In this document: piece after piece, positions 7,921-16,082 of the stretch
Numbering within the stretch: position 1 is the first letter of the stretch
How the letters are laid out: each line of letters opens with the position of its first letter
From: Candidatus Latescibacterota bacterium
Lineage (GTDB): Bacteria > Latescibacterota > UBA2968 > UBA8231
DNA: 64,000 nt
Direction: 5' to 3'
Assembly: GCA_963422735.1 (NCBI GenBank)
Contig: OY730476.1
Location: 4,078,847 to 4,142,846 of the forward strand
Notes under the pieces: generated by a model
What the model was told of the DNA's origin: nothing
The model's input: the letters and a program-made list of their open reading frames with translations, nothing else
The model's database searches: none
Program-made: the position numbers and the translations under genes

Positions 7921-8814
7921 ATGATCGATATCGAGCTACATCCCGCAGACTGCAAGGCCGTCGTCGCCATTGACGGCCAGCTTTTTACCGAGTACCGCTA
8001 CGGCCACTACGTGTGCCGCCCGTACTTCTATCCAGTGCTAACGCCCAGCGGTGCCGGCCTCACCCGGGCCTATCCGATGGAAGATGTCGCCGATGAAACG
8101 CAGGACCACTACCACCATCGCGGCATGTACACGGCCCACGGCCTCGTCAACGGCCACAACCTCTGGGACGAGGGCACCGGTCACGGGGCCATGCTCCAGC
8201 GAGGCGAGCCGGTAGTAGGTGCAATTGACGGCGCAGCGCAGATCGATGGGATCGTCGATTGGTTCGGGCCGGAGGGCGAGAAGCTGTTGGAGGAGCGGCG
8301 CACCATCGCCATCCGCGCCGAAGGTGCATTGCGGATCATGGATCAACGCAGCGAATTCCGCGCCCGCTACGGCGACGCAACCTTCGGCGACACCAAAGAA
8401 GGCGGGCTGTTTGCGATTCGGGTGCCGACCTCCATGGATGCCAAAGACGCAGGGCGGATTGAAAATTCTGCGGGCCAAGTCTTTGAAAACGGCCAAGGTA
8501 CAGAGGTTACTTGGGGCCAGCAGGCGGCTTGGGTGGATTATTCCGGGCCGGTAGCCGATGGCGAGGAGTGGGGGCACACCGTCGTCGATCACCGCGACAA
8601 CCCCCGCCATCCGACCTACTGGCACGTGCGCGGCTACGGGCTGTTTACCGCCAACGCCTTTGGGGGGCACGATTTCAAGGGCGACGCGAACATCGACGAG
8701 AGCCTGACTATTCCCGGCGGCGACAAGGCCGTCTTCCGCTATCGGCTGATCATCCATCCTGGCCGCGGCGTTGATGGCCACCCAGATGTGCGCCAGCTAA
8801 TTGAGCAGTTCTAA
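7921..8814 (+). CDS. PmoA-like / DUF6807 family protein
   Basis: ORF 7846..8814 trimmed to the ATG at 7921, which is preceded by GGAAAGGAAG. Motifs CRPYFYPVLTPSG, DHYHHRGMY and FGDTKEGGLFAIRV are typical of the family that usually neighbours Gfo/Idh/MocA oxidoreductases. Confidence 0.7.
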   Translation: MIDIELHPADCKAVVAIDGQLFTEYRYGHYVCRPYFYPVLTPSGAGLTRAYPMEDVADETQDHYHHRGMYTAHGLVNGHNLWDEGTGHGAMLQRGEPVVGAIDGAAQIDGIVDWFGPEGEKLLEERRTIAIRAEGALRIMDQRSEFRARYGDATFGDTKEGGLFAIRVPTSMDAKDAGRIENSAGQVFENGQGTEVTWGQQAAWVDYSGPVADGEEWGHTVVDHRDNPRHPTYWHVRGYGLFTANAFGGHDFKGDANIDESLTIPGGDKAVFRYRLIIHPGRGVDGHPDVRQLIEQF

Positions 8815-8842
8815 GCGGGATAGGATGGTATCTATAGTAGGG

Positions 8843-8869
8843 AAAACCGGTCTGCGGGCCGGTTTTTTT
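8843..8869 (+). terminator. Rho-independent terminator
   Basis: AAAACCGGTC-TGCG-GGCCGGTTTT stem-loop running into a T7 tract, 29 nt after the stop at 8814. Confidence 0.7.
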
Positions 8870-8903
8870 GTGCCTTGTCACAGTTTCAAACAGACGGAGA
8901 GCA

Positions 8904-9968
8904 ATGACTAAGAGCAAGCAAGACAGGCTGCGCGTCGCCTTAATCGGCACCGGTGGAATCGCTGGGGCGCACATGCGCTATTACCAAGACATGGACGACG
9001 TGGAGATGGTGGCCGCGGCGGATGTGGTACTCGAAAGAGCGCAAAAATACTGTGAGGAATACGAAATCCCCGCAGCTTACGCCGACTACGAGGAAATGCT
9101 CCGGCAGGTCGAACCCGATGCAGTGAGCGTCTGTACGCCCAACGGCCTGCACGTTGCCTGCTCCATCGCCGCGCTCGACGCGGGTGCCCACGTCCTCGTC
9201 GAGAAACCTTTGGCCATGAATGTACGCGAGGGCCAAAAGATGCTTGACGCAGCTAAGAAAAACGGCAAAAAGCTGATCATTGGATTCCAGAACCGCTATG
9301 AGCCGAAAACGCAGTTTATCAAGAAGCTCGTTGACGACGGCGAACTGGGCACAGTCCTGTACGCCCGGGTGCAGGCCCTGCGGCGGCGGGGAATTCCCAA
9401 CTGGGGAGTCTTCGGTCGCAAGGAACTACAAGGCGGCGGGCCGCTGATCGATATCGGCGTCCACATGCTGGAGACCACGCACTATGCGATGGGTGCACCC
9501 AGACCGGTGGCCGCCAGTGGCAGCACCTATACCTACCTCGGCGATAAGCCGTCAAACGCGATCTCGCAGTGGCCCAACTGGGATTACAAGACCTATACGG
9601 TAGAGGACTTAGCGGTGGGGCATATCCGCTTTGCAAACGGCGCAATGCTCAGTATTGAGACCAGCTTCGCCGCCCATATCGAGAAGAATGAGTGGAACTT
9701 CACGCTGATGGGCGATAAGGGCGGTGCCAACTGGGACCCGCCGGGGCTTTTCCACGACGCCAACGATTACATGGTCAACACCCGGCCCGAGTGGATGCCC
9801 AGCGGCCCAGCAGCCGACGCCTTCGGCCAGAAGATGCGCAACTTTGTCGATCACGTACTCTACGGCGCGGAAACCCTGTCGCCCGGAGAGCACGGGCTGA
9901 TGGTGCAGAAGATGATCGACGGGCTGTATGAATCGGCGGAGCAGGGGCGAGAAGTGCGGATTGAGTAG
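8904..9968 (+). CDS. Gfo/Idh/MocA family oxidoreductase
   Basis: ORF 8868..9968 trimmed to the ATG at 8904 (GGAGA upstream). It has the Rossmann motif LRVALIGTGGIAGAH, the EKP motif (VLVEKPLA) and GFQNRY. Confidence 0.85.
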   Translation: MTKSKQDRLRVALIGTGGIAGAHMRYYQDMDDVEMVAAADVVLERAQKYCEEYEIPAAYADYEEMLRQVEPDAVSVCTPNGLHVACSIAALDAGAHVLVEKPLAMNVREGQKMLDAAKKNGKKLIIGFQNRYEPKTQFIKKLVDDGELGTVLYARVQALRRRGIPNWGVFGRKELQGGGPLIDIGVHMLETTHYAMGAPRPVAASGSTYTYLGDKPSNAISQWPNWDYKTYTVEDLAVGHIRFANGAMLSIETSFAAHIEKNEWNFTLMGDKGGANWDPPGLFHDANDYMVNTRPEWMPSGPAADAFGQKMRNFVDHVLYGAETLSPGEHGLMVQKMIDGLYESAEQGREVRIE

Positions 9969-10020
9969 GCGTTAAGTTTTCTAAAAACGGACTTTCCTAG
10001 AATTAAGGACTGTTTAATCA

Positions 10021-10087
10021 GTGGTTAGTGGTTAGTGGTTAGTGGTTAGTGGTTAGTGGTTAGTGGTTAGTGGTTAGTGGTTAGTGG
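10021..10087. repeat. Tandem heptamer array (GTGGTTA) x 9.6
   Basis: Direct reading shows GTGGTTA repeated perfectly 9 times, followed by GTGG, in a convergent intergenic region. Confidence 0.95.
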
Positions 10088-10374
10088 TCCGTCCCATCCG
10101 CCCCCTTGGCGGCGGGTACCCGGCGACTGGCCCGGAACATCGACGCGGGGGACCGCGCTGGCCCGGACGAGGGCTACGGCCACGCCGAGTGAAACCGCCT
10201 AAATGAAACCTGAATTCCCAACCGCACACTAGGAAATTCCGTCTAAAAATGGCGTAAATTTTGCAATGACACCTAGAGACCTTACTACACGACACCCGCC
10301 TCCGGCCGCCGGTGGTCGTTTTGGTTTCTTCGGCGGACCTACGCCCCCGGTGTCGCGTAATAAGCTTAGAGACT

Positions 10375-10462
10375 CTAACAAAACCCGCTGGGCGATCCTC
10401 GGAACGCGGGCGTCCCACCCGCTCATGTCATTCCTGCGAAAGCAGGAATCCAGTTTTGTTAG
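10375..10462. other. 88-nt segment closed by a perfect 10-bp inverted repeat and containing a GAAA-tetraloop hairpin (possible structured RNA or MITE-like remnant)
   Basis: CTAACAAAAC (10375-10384) pairs with GTTTTGTTAG (10453-10462). The inner hairpin is ATTCCTGC-GAAA-GCAGGAAT (10430-10449). Confidence 0.4.
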
Positions 10463-10510
10463 GGCCTCTTAAAATTATGCGTCAAACCCGACAAAACACT
10501 CGGCGCACAT

Positions 10511-11518
10511 TTAATCCCACTCCGCCTCAACCCCCAACTCGCGCCCGCACGCCGCTAGCCTTTCCAAGTCATCCAAGTCTATCGGCAGCCCTTCGCGGGC
10601 GTATTCCTCGCTCTTGCGGTGCTCAATGGTGCCAGGCAGGGTCGCCTCGTCGTAGCCGCGCACAGGTTCCATGGTCTCGCGGACGCCGCGCACGAGAGTG
10701 TCAACGCCAGCGCGGAAGGTGTCGGGTGGGGCAAACGCGCCGATGTCCATGACTATGATCAGGCCGCCATTGCCAGCGCGGGGCCACCGCTGGGCAACGG
10801 CCCGAGCGCGGTCGCTATTCTGGCCGACGAAGGCCCCGCCCAGCGTCAGCGCCGAGCCGGTGTAGCCCATCGACTTGAAGAAAGCCGGCGGGATCAGCTC
10901 CTGTAAGGCGTCGTATTCGGGACCGCGGTGGTAGTCGGCGAGGATGCAGGTGGCCGCGTCGAGGACCAGCGGCGGCTCTTCTTCTGACGGAAAGCCAAAG
11001 CAGAGCGGCGGGTTGCCCCAGTAGGCAGACTGCTGGCCACGGTTGCCGCCGCCCTCGCCGAAGTAATTGGGATGGTGTCCCTGAACTGAAAAGGCACAGC
11101 AGCCCTCCTGCATGGCGCGGCGCACGTAATGCCCGGCCGAGCCGTAGTGCCCGAGGTGGCAAGCTGCACCGAGGGCAACCTTGTATTGCTTGGCTTTCTC
11201 AATGGCCTTTTCGGTGGCCAGCATCATCGGCGCGTAGCCCAAGCCACCATCGCCGTCGATGAGGACCGTGGTCTCGGTATCTTGCAGCACGCGCAAATCG
11301 GGGTTGGGATTGACCGTGCCATCGCGGAGGCTGGCGCAATAGCCAACCATGGCGCGAGTACCGTGCGAGCGCACGCCGCGCAGGTCGGAGTTGGACAACA
11401 GCTCGGCTAGCTGATCGGCGTGGTCGGCGCGCAGCCCGGCGGCCTTGAGACAGTCGGCGGTAAAGGAGCGCAGCGCGGCGACGGGTATGCGCTTGCATTC
11501 TGCGGGGGGGCGATTCAT
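10511..11518 (-). CDS. Ldh_2 family (malate/L-lactate/L-sulfolactate dehydrogenase-like) oxidoreductase
   Basis: LLSNSDLRGVRSHGTRAMVGY, IDGDGGLGY and ACHLGHYGSAGHY are typical of the Ldh_2 fold family. A paralogue lies at 43366-44412. Confidence 0.8.
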   Translation of the reverse strand: MNRPPAECKRIPVAALRSFTADCLKAAGLRADHADQLAELLSNSDLRGVRSHGTRAMVGYCASLRDGTVNPNPDLRVLQDTETTVLIDGDGGLGYAPMMLATEKAIEKAKQYKVALGAACHLGHYGSAGHYVRRAMQEGCCAFSVQGHHPNYFGEGGGNRGQQSAYWGNPPLCFGFPSEEEPPLVLDAATCILADYHRGPEYDALQELIPPAFFKSMGYTGSALTLGGAFVGQNSDRARAVAQRWPRAGNGGLIIVMDIGAFAPPDTFRAGVDTLVRGVRETMEPVRGYDEATLPGTIEHRKSEEYAREGLPIDLDDLERLAACGRELGVEAEWD

Positions 11519-11555
11519 AGAGAGTCCTCGAGGTTAGAATTTGCTTGCACGGCCT

Positions 11556-12620
11556 TCAGACGAGGGCCTCTCGGAGAAAGTCGTAGGCGCGGGCACCGCT
11601 GATCTGGTGGCGGCCCGAGAAAATGTCGGCTTCCACCCGCTGGTGTGCTGAGAAAACACCATATACCCGGCGCGCTTTGGTCAAGCTGGAGCGCACGGCG
11701 GCAAGGGGGAAGATGGGGTCGTGAGTGCCGGCTTCCACCAGCAAGGGTCGCGGGGCGATAAGGCCGACTAGATCGTACATTTCGCCGAATTCAGCTAGGC
11801 CCGGCACAAAATTGCAAGGGCAGTGTGACATGGCCAGAATGCTGTGCTGGAAGGTCGAGTAGTAGCCGCTGACCACGCAGGCGCGGATGCGCTCGTCCAT
11901 GCAGGTGGAGAAGAAGGTGTGCATGCCGCCGCCCGAAATGCCCATGGCCCCGAGGCGACTGGTGTCGAACTCGGGGCGGGTTTCCAAGTAATTGACCAAG
12001 CGCAGGCCATCGCGTACGCGGATGCCGACCACCGAAGTGCCCAAGTGGAAGGCGAGCATGGCCATATGGGTACAGGTCGAAGGTGCTCCTTGGCCGCGTT
12101 CCAGATAGGAGAAATCGGTCTGGCGTTCGCCAAAGCCCGAAATTTCTGGGGCGGCCACGGCAAAGCCAGCGCGGCATAGAGCCACGCCAAAGTCTTTGTG
12201 GTAGCCATCGGGTTCGTCGCGTTCGCCGCCATCCTCCCACAAACCGACAATGTCTTTTACGCCGTACCCGTGGCCATGGAAAGCCACGACCGTGGGCAAG
12301 GGGCCATTGGCACCTTTGGGCAGCAGGATGTACACTGGCATCTGCGCATGGAGACCGGTGCGCAGGATTATTTTTTGCCGCGTATAATCGCCTTTGTCGA
12401 TCTCTTCTACTTGGCTCGGGGCCAAGTCCGTCTCGTTGCCGGTCGCTAGTCCCAAATGATTGGCTAAGGCGCGTCGCGTCGTCTTTTGCCAGCGTCGCGC
12501 TTGGGCCGGATTTTCGGCTTTAAAAGCGCGGGGCGCTGCCGCCGGGTCGTACTGTTTCCACAGCGAGGTCGCCGGTTGCAGTGGTTTTAGGGTGCGATTG
12601 TCGAGTATTTTGGAGGCCAT
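11556..12620 (-). CDS. Alpha/beta hydrolase (acetyl-xylan-esterase / dienelactone-hydrolase-like)
   Basis: VVAFHGHG and the nucleophile elbow GISGGG. The length and order of elements fit a serine hydrolase. Confidence 0.65.
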   Translation of the reverse strand: MASKILDNRTLKPLQPATSLWKQYDPAAAPRAFKAENPAQARRWQKTTRRALANHLGLATGNETDLAPSQVEEIDKGDYTRQKIILRTGLHAQMPVYILLPKGANGPLPTVVAFHGHGYGVKDIVGLWEDGGERDEPDGYHKDFGVALCRAGFAVAAPEISGFGERQTDFSYLERGQGAPSTCTHMAMLAFHLGTSVVGIRVRDGLRLVNYLETRPEFDTSRLGAMGISGGGMHTFFSTCMDERIRACVVSGYYSTFQHSILAMSHCPCNFVPGLAEFGEMYDLVGLIAPRPLLVEAGTHDPIFPLAAVRSSLTKARRVYGVFSAHQRVEADIFSGRHQISGARAYDFLREALV

Positions 12621-12653
12621 AAAGGACCCTAAGGGTGAAGCGACCGAGTGGCG

Positions 12654-13898
12654 CTAAACACCACTCATCACTAATTCCCCAACGACCTGCACCATTACTT
12701 GGTCGCCAGCCTCAACGCGCTGGTGGGGTTCAAGAACGACGAAGCTGTTGGCGTTGAGCATGGAGCTGATTATGTGCGAGCCTTGGCTACGGGCGAGGCG
12801 CACCCAGAGCTGGCCATCTTGGTAGCGCAAGGTGGCGCGCATGTACTGGCGGCGGTCGCCGTCGTTGTCGCAGGGGCTTTCCACTCGGGCGTGCGCCTCG
12901 GGCAAAAACCACGCCGATTGCGGATAGCCTGCGGCCTTGCGGATGGCTGGGCGCACGAACTGAAGAAAGGACATCATGCTCGATACTGGGTTGCCGGGCA
13001 GGCCGAAGTACGGCACGCCGCCGACCGTGCAGAAGACCAGCGGCTTGCCTGGTTTCATGGCCACGCGCCAGAAGATCGTCTCGGCCCCCAAGTCGTCGAG
13101 GACCTTTTTGACGAAGTCGTATTCGCCGACCGAGACGCCGCCCGAGGAGACGGCGAAGTCAGCGCGGATCGCGGCCTCGATGGTGGCGCGGATTGCGGCC
13201 TCGTCGTCCGGTACTGTGGGCAGCATGACCGGTTCGGCTCCGTGGGCGCGGCAAAAGGCGGCTAGGGCGCACGTATTGCTGTTGACGATCTGCCCTTCTC
13301 CGGGCGTCTCTTCGATCTCGACTAGCTCGTCGCCGGTGGAGAGGATGGCGACGCGCGGTCGCCGATACACTGAGACGAAGCTCTGCTGCACAGCGGCGAG
13401 CACGGCCAGTTCGCCGGGGCTGCACTCGGTACCGGCCTTGATGATTGGCTCGCCGCAGCGCATGTCCTCGCCACGCCGGCGAATGTGTGCACCGCGCTCT
13501 TCAACAGTGAGGATCTCGACCCCCTGTCCGGTGGGGCGGGTGTCCTCTACTGGGGCGATGGTGTCGGCTCCGGCGGGCACGGCCGCACCCGTCATAATGC
13601 GGCTGGCTTGGCCGGAGCCAACCGCTTTTTGCGGCACCTTACCGGCTGGTATGTCTTCAATGACTTCCAAGGCTACGTCCGCATCGCCCCTCGCTGCGGC
13701 TACGTCCGCATGGCGCACGGCATAGCCGTCCATGGCCGAATTGTCGCAGGGTGGATTGTCGCGGCGCGCCAACACGTCTTGGGCGAGTACGCGGCCGGTG
13801 GCGTCGAGCAGAGAGACGCGCTCGGGGCCGAGGACTTTCACGTACTCAAGGACGATGGCGCGGGCTTCTTCTGGAGTGAGCATCTGGTCGAGGGGCAT
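12654..13898 (-). CDS. moeA: Molybdopterin molybdotransferase
   Basis: PPCDNSAMDGYAV, SRIMTGA.VP.GAD, ILSTGDEL and SGGVSVGEYDF are MoeA/gephyrin-E hallmark motifs. AAGGAG lies upstream of the ATG. Confidence 0.9.
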   Translation of the reverse strand: MPLDQMLTPEEARAIVLEYVKVLGPERVSLLDATGRVLAQDVLARRDNPPCDNSAMDGYAVRHADVAAARGDADVALEVIEDIPAGKVPQKAVGSGQASRIMTGAAVPAGADTIAPVEDTRPTGQGVEILTVEERGAHIRRRGEDMRCGEPIIKAGTECSPGELAVLAAVQQSFVSVYRRPRVAILSTGDELVEIEETPGEGQIVNSNTCALAAFCRAHGAEPVMLPTVPDDEAAIRATIEAAIRADFAVSSGGVSVGEYDFVKKVLDDLGAETIFWRVAMKPGKPLVFCTVGGVPYFGLPGNPVSSMMSFLQFVRPAIRKAAGYPQSAWFLPEAHARVESPCDNDGDRRQYMRATLRYQDGQLWVRLARSQGSHIISSMLNANSFVVLEPHQRVEAGDQVMVQVVGELVMSGV

Positions 13899-14111
13899 AT
13901 CGGGTATCTATGGCTCCTTATTTATGTAGGCGACAGAAGATACGGCAGAACGACGGCGATACAAATCCCTCGCGGCTGTACGTCGAGTTCAACATGACGC
14001 TCAACCAGCGGCAGCGTCTGGGTGGTCGTGCTATGTGTATTTGCTACGAGAGTTGGCGCGGATTTTGCGCTTGTGGATCGATAGGGCGGAGGTTGGTGCA
14101 GAGGGTGCGAA

Positions 14112-14135
14112 AGGGGCGGCTTGCGAACCGCCCCT
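14112..14135 (-). terminator. Hairpin downstream of the PD40 gene (possible terminator)
   Basis: AGGGGCGG-8 nt-CCGCCCCT stem-loop 16 nt beyond the stop at 14151. On the minus strand it is followed only by a short TTT. Confidence 0.4.
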
Positions 14136-14150
14136 ACAGACGAGGCACGA

Positions 14151-15146
14151 TTAACGGGGCAGCGATTTGATCTGTCCCCACGATCGGGCCTCTACACTCG
14201 TGGCGGAAGGGACGACAGGTTGCCAAGCGGGATGATCTCCGCCCAAGCCGTTGGTCAATTCGACCAAATTGCTCCCGTCTATATCAACGGCCCAAATGAG
14301 ATCGGAGAAATGAGAGAAGGCGATTCTCATGCTGTTGGGTGCCCAAACAGGGCGAGCTATCCATGTGTCGTCGGACACGCACACACCGTCCTGGTCAGAC
14401 CAAACGGTAGCAAATGGGGGTGTGGACTCGCGTACGCACAGACTGCTCTGGTGTAGGTCAGGTAGAGGGATAACCTCGATTCCACTGATACGCCGAAGAA
14501 AAACCGCGGGATCGGCTCCACCAATAGGCCAACGAAAAACCGAGGACTCCTCTTCCCTAACATCGCTGATGTAGAGGCGGGCGAGATTCTCTTCGTCCCC
14601 TTTTTCCCGCAGCGCGACGACTGCTTCTTTGGTCCCGTCCGGGGAACGACCGAAGTAGCGGTAGTGGGGGACCTCTCCCCAGTCCACGGGCGAGGAGCCA
14701 CTGCCGTCCAGTGCCATAACAAACATATCAGGGCCGTCCTTCAGATCGTCCGTATCCAGTTCCTCAATAGCCCTATAAGCCCTATAGTAAATGCTATGCC
14801 CGTCTTCAGACCACGAAACTGATATTTTATCGACTGAATCGTCTGTTAGCTGCTGCGGATTGCCGACGGCGGCATCCATCAACCAAATCTCCCCACCGTA
14901 CTGATCATCGTCAAAAACGCCGCCGATATAGGCGATCTTCGTGCCATCCGGAGACCAAGCTGGGCTAGCGCAATGCTGTCCTTGGGTCAAGTTTACGGGA
15001 TCGCTCCCGTCCGCATTCATAATCCACACGTCATTGTGTCCCTCGCGGAAGGAGGTAAACGCTATTTTACCCTCTGCTTGCCCCCAACCAGCGACAGCTA
15101 GCCCCAGCGTTGCCAAGCAGACGATTAGCATGGACCAATAGCTCAT
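14151..15146 (-). CDS. Secreted TolB-like PD40 beta-propeller repeat protein
   Basis: ORF trimmed to MSYWSMLIVCLATLGLAVAG (AAGGAG 7 nt upstream), which looks like a signal peptide. It has repeated PD40-type units (KIAFTS..G..DVWIMNADGS, SPAWSPDGTKIAY, GRSPDGTKEA). Confidence 0.75.
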   Translation of the reverse strand: MSYWSMLIVCLATLGLAVAGWGQAEGKIAFTSFREGHNDVWIMNADGSDPVNLTQGQHCASPAWSPDGTKIAYIGGVFDDDQYGGEIWLMDAAVGNPQQLTDDSVDKISVSWSEDGHSIYYRAYRAIEELDTDDLKDGPDMFVMALDGSGSSPVDWGEVPHYRYFGRSPDGTKEAVVALREKGDEENLARLYISDVREEESSVFRWPIGGADPAVFLRRISGIEVIPLPDLHQSSLCVRESTPPFATVWSDQDGVCVSDDTWIARPVWAPNSMRIAFSHFSDLIWAVDIDGSNLVELTNGLGGDHPAWQPVVPSATSVEARSWGQIKSLPR

Positions 15147-15269
15147 AACGCGGCTCCTTTCAGAAGGTTGTGCATAGGGCAAAAAGTTATAGAATTATGT
15201 TGTAGAGTATATGATGTGGGTTTTATACCGAAAAGCAAGCATATTGGTTCCCGCTATTTTAGCGGCGCA

Positions 15270-16082
15270 CTAGACAAAATTGACGAAATCGTGGCGCACC
15301 CATAGCAGATTGATCAGCCCCAGCACAAACCCCGCGATTACCAGCCATTTAAGACGACGACCATGCCAGCGGCCAATGCCGCGCACATAGAGATAGATGC
15401 CAAAGACGAACCACGTCGGCAGGGCCAGCCAGATTTTGGCATCCGCGCCCGCGAGATATTCGCCCGGCGCACCAAAGAGCCAAATCGCGCCCATTCCCAA
15501 GCCCAAGGTAAAGAGCGAAAAACCCCCGCCGGCAAAGCGAAAGGTCGCCGCGGCAGCCGTGTCGAGCGCGGGCAGATAGCTGTTGAGTCGGCCCTTTTTC
15601 AGGGCTTGGTGTTGGACGAGGTAGCCGACCGCCGAGCAGAACGCCAGCGCGAAGCCCACGTGCCCGAGCAAGGTCAGCACCACGTGGATGCCGAGGAAGG
15701 GATATTCCACTAGGATCGACTCGGCCTCCTCAAAGCGGATGGGCAGCAGCAGCGGATAAAGCAGGCCGAGAAAGGCGAGGGGCGCAGTCAGCAGCCCGAG
15801 ATGGCGAATACGCCCATAGCGCTCGCCGAGCAAGCCCGCGACGACCAAGGCCATGACCAGCGAGGCGATGACTACTAACATGTTGGCAAAGAGGGCTTGG
15901 CCGGAAAGCGCGAAGTGCAGCACTATGCTGACTCCGTGTACGGCCAGTCCCAACTTCAGGCTCCTGCGCCCCAGCGCGTCCCAGCCGCTCTTGTGCCAGA
16001 GGAAGTGCCCTTGAAACAGCAGCGCGGCAACCAAATAGAACGCCAAGGCAGCGACGAGGGAGACCATGCAGAATATCGTCAC
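15270..16082 (-). CDS. CcsA-family cytochrome c assembly / HemX-like membrane protein
   Basis: Polytopic membrane ORF with a Trp-rich segment (GAIWLFGAPGEYLAGADAKIWLALPTW). It overlaps the hemA stop by 4 nt (ATGA), mirroring the hemA-hemX arrangement known from Bacillus. Confidence 0.7.
   Translation of the reverse strand: MTIFCMVSLVAALAFYLVAALLFQGHFLWHKSGWDALGRRSLKLGLAVHGVSIVLHFALSGQALFANMLVVIASLVMALVVAGLLGERYGRIRHLGLLTAPLAFLGLLYPLLLPIRFEEAESILVEYPFLGIHVVLTLLGHVGFALAFCSAVGYLVQHQALKKGRLNSYLPALDTAAAATFRFAGGGFSLFTLGLGMGAIWLFGAPGEYLAGADAKIWLALPTWFVFGIYLYVRGIGRWHGRRLKWLVIAGFVLGLINLLWVRHDFVNFV

Noticed and set aside
7224-7970. 248-aa minus-strand ORF
   Set aside because: It is antisense to the radical-SAM maturase gene and has no motifs.
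9985-10005. Minus-strand AGGAAAGTCCG resembling the RNase P RNA P4 motif (GAGGAAAGUCCGG)
   Set aside because: The sequence downstream on that strand runs directly into the Gfo/Idh/MocA coding region. None of the other conserved RNase P elements (for example ACAGAACCCGGCUUA) are visible. The plus-strand partner reads GGAAATTCCG, so the match is part of an inverted repeat.
10021-10087. Possible CRISPR array or telomere-like repeat
   Set aside because: The unit is only 7 nt with no spacers, and no cas genes are present. It is a simple tandem repeat.
10074-10418. 114-aa minus-strand ORF; also the 61-aa ORF at 17388-17573
   Set aside because: Both are translations of the repeat elements (they share the ...GR.G.TTNH peptides) and are Arg/Gly-rich. 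They are not credible genes.
13899-14150. Possible Moco riboswitch upstream of moeA
   Set aside because: I could not recognise the conserved Moco-motif helices by eye. The only clear structure is the hairpin at 14112-14135, which is better explained as the terminator of the neighbouring gene. A covariance-model scan would be needed.
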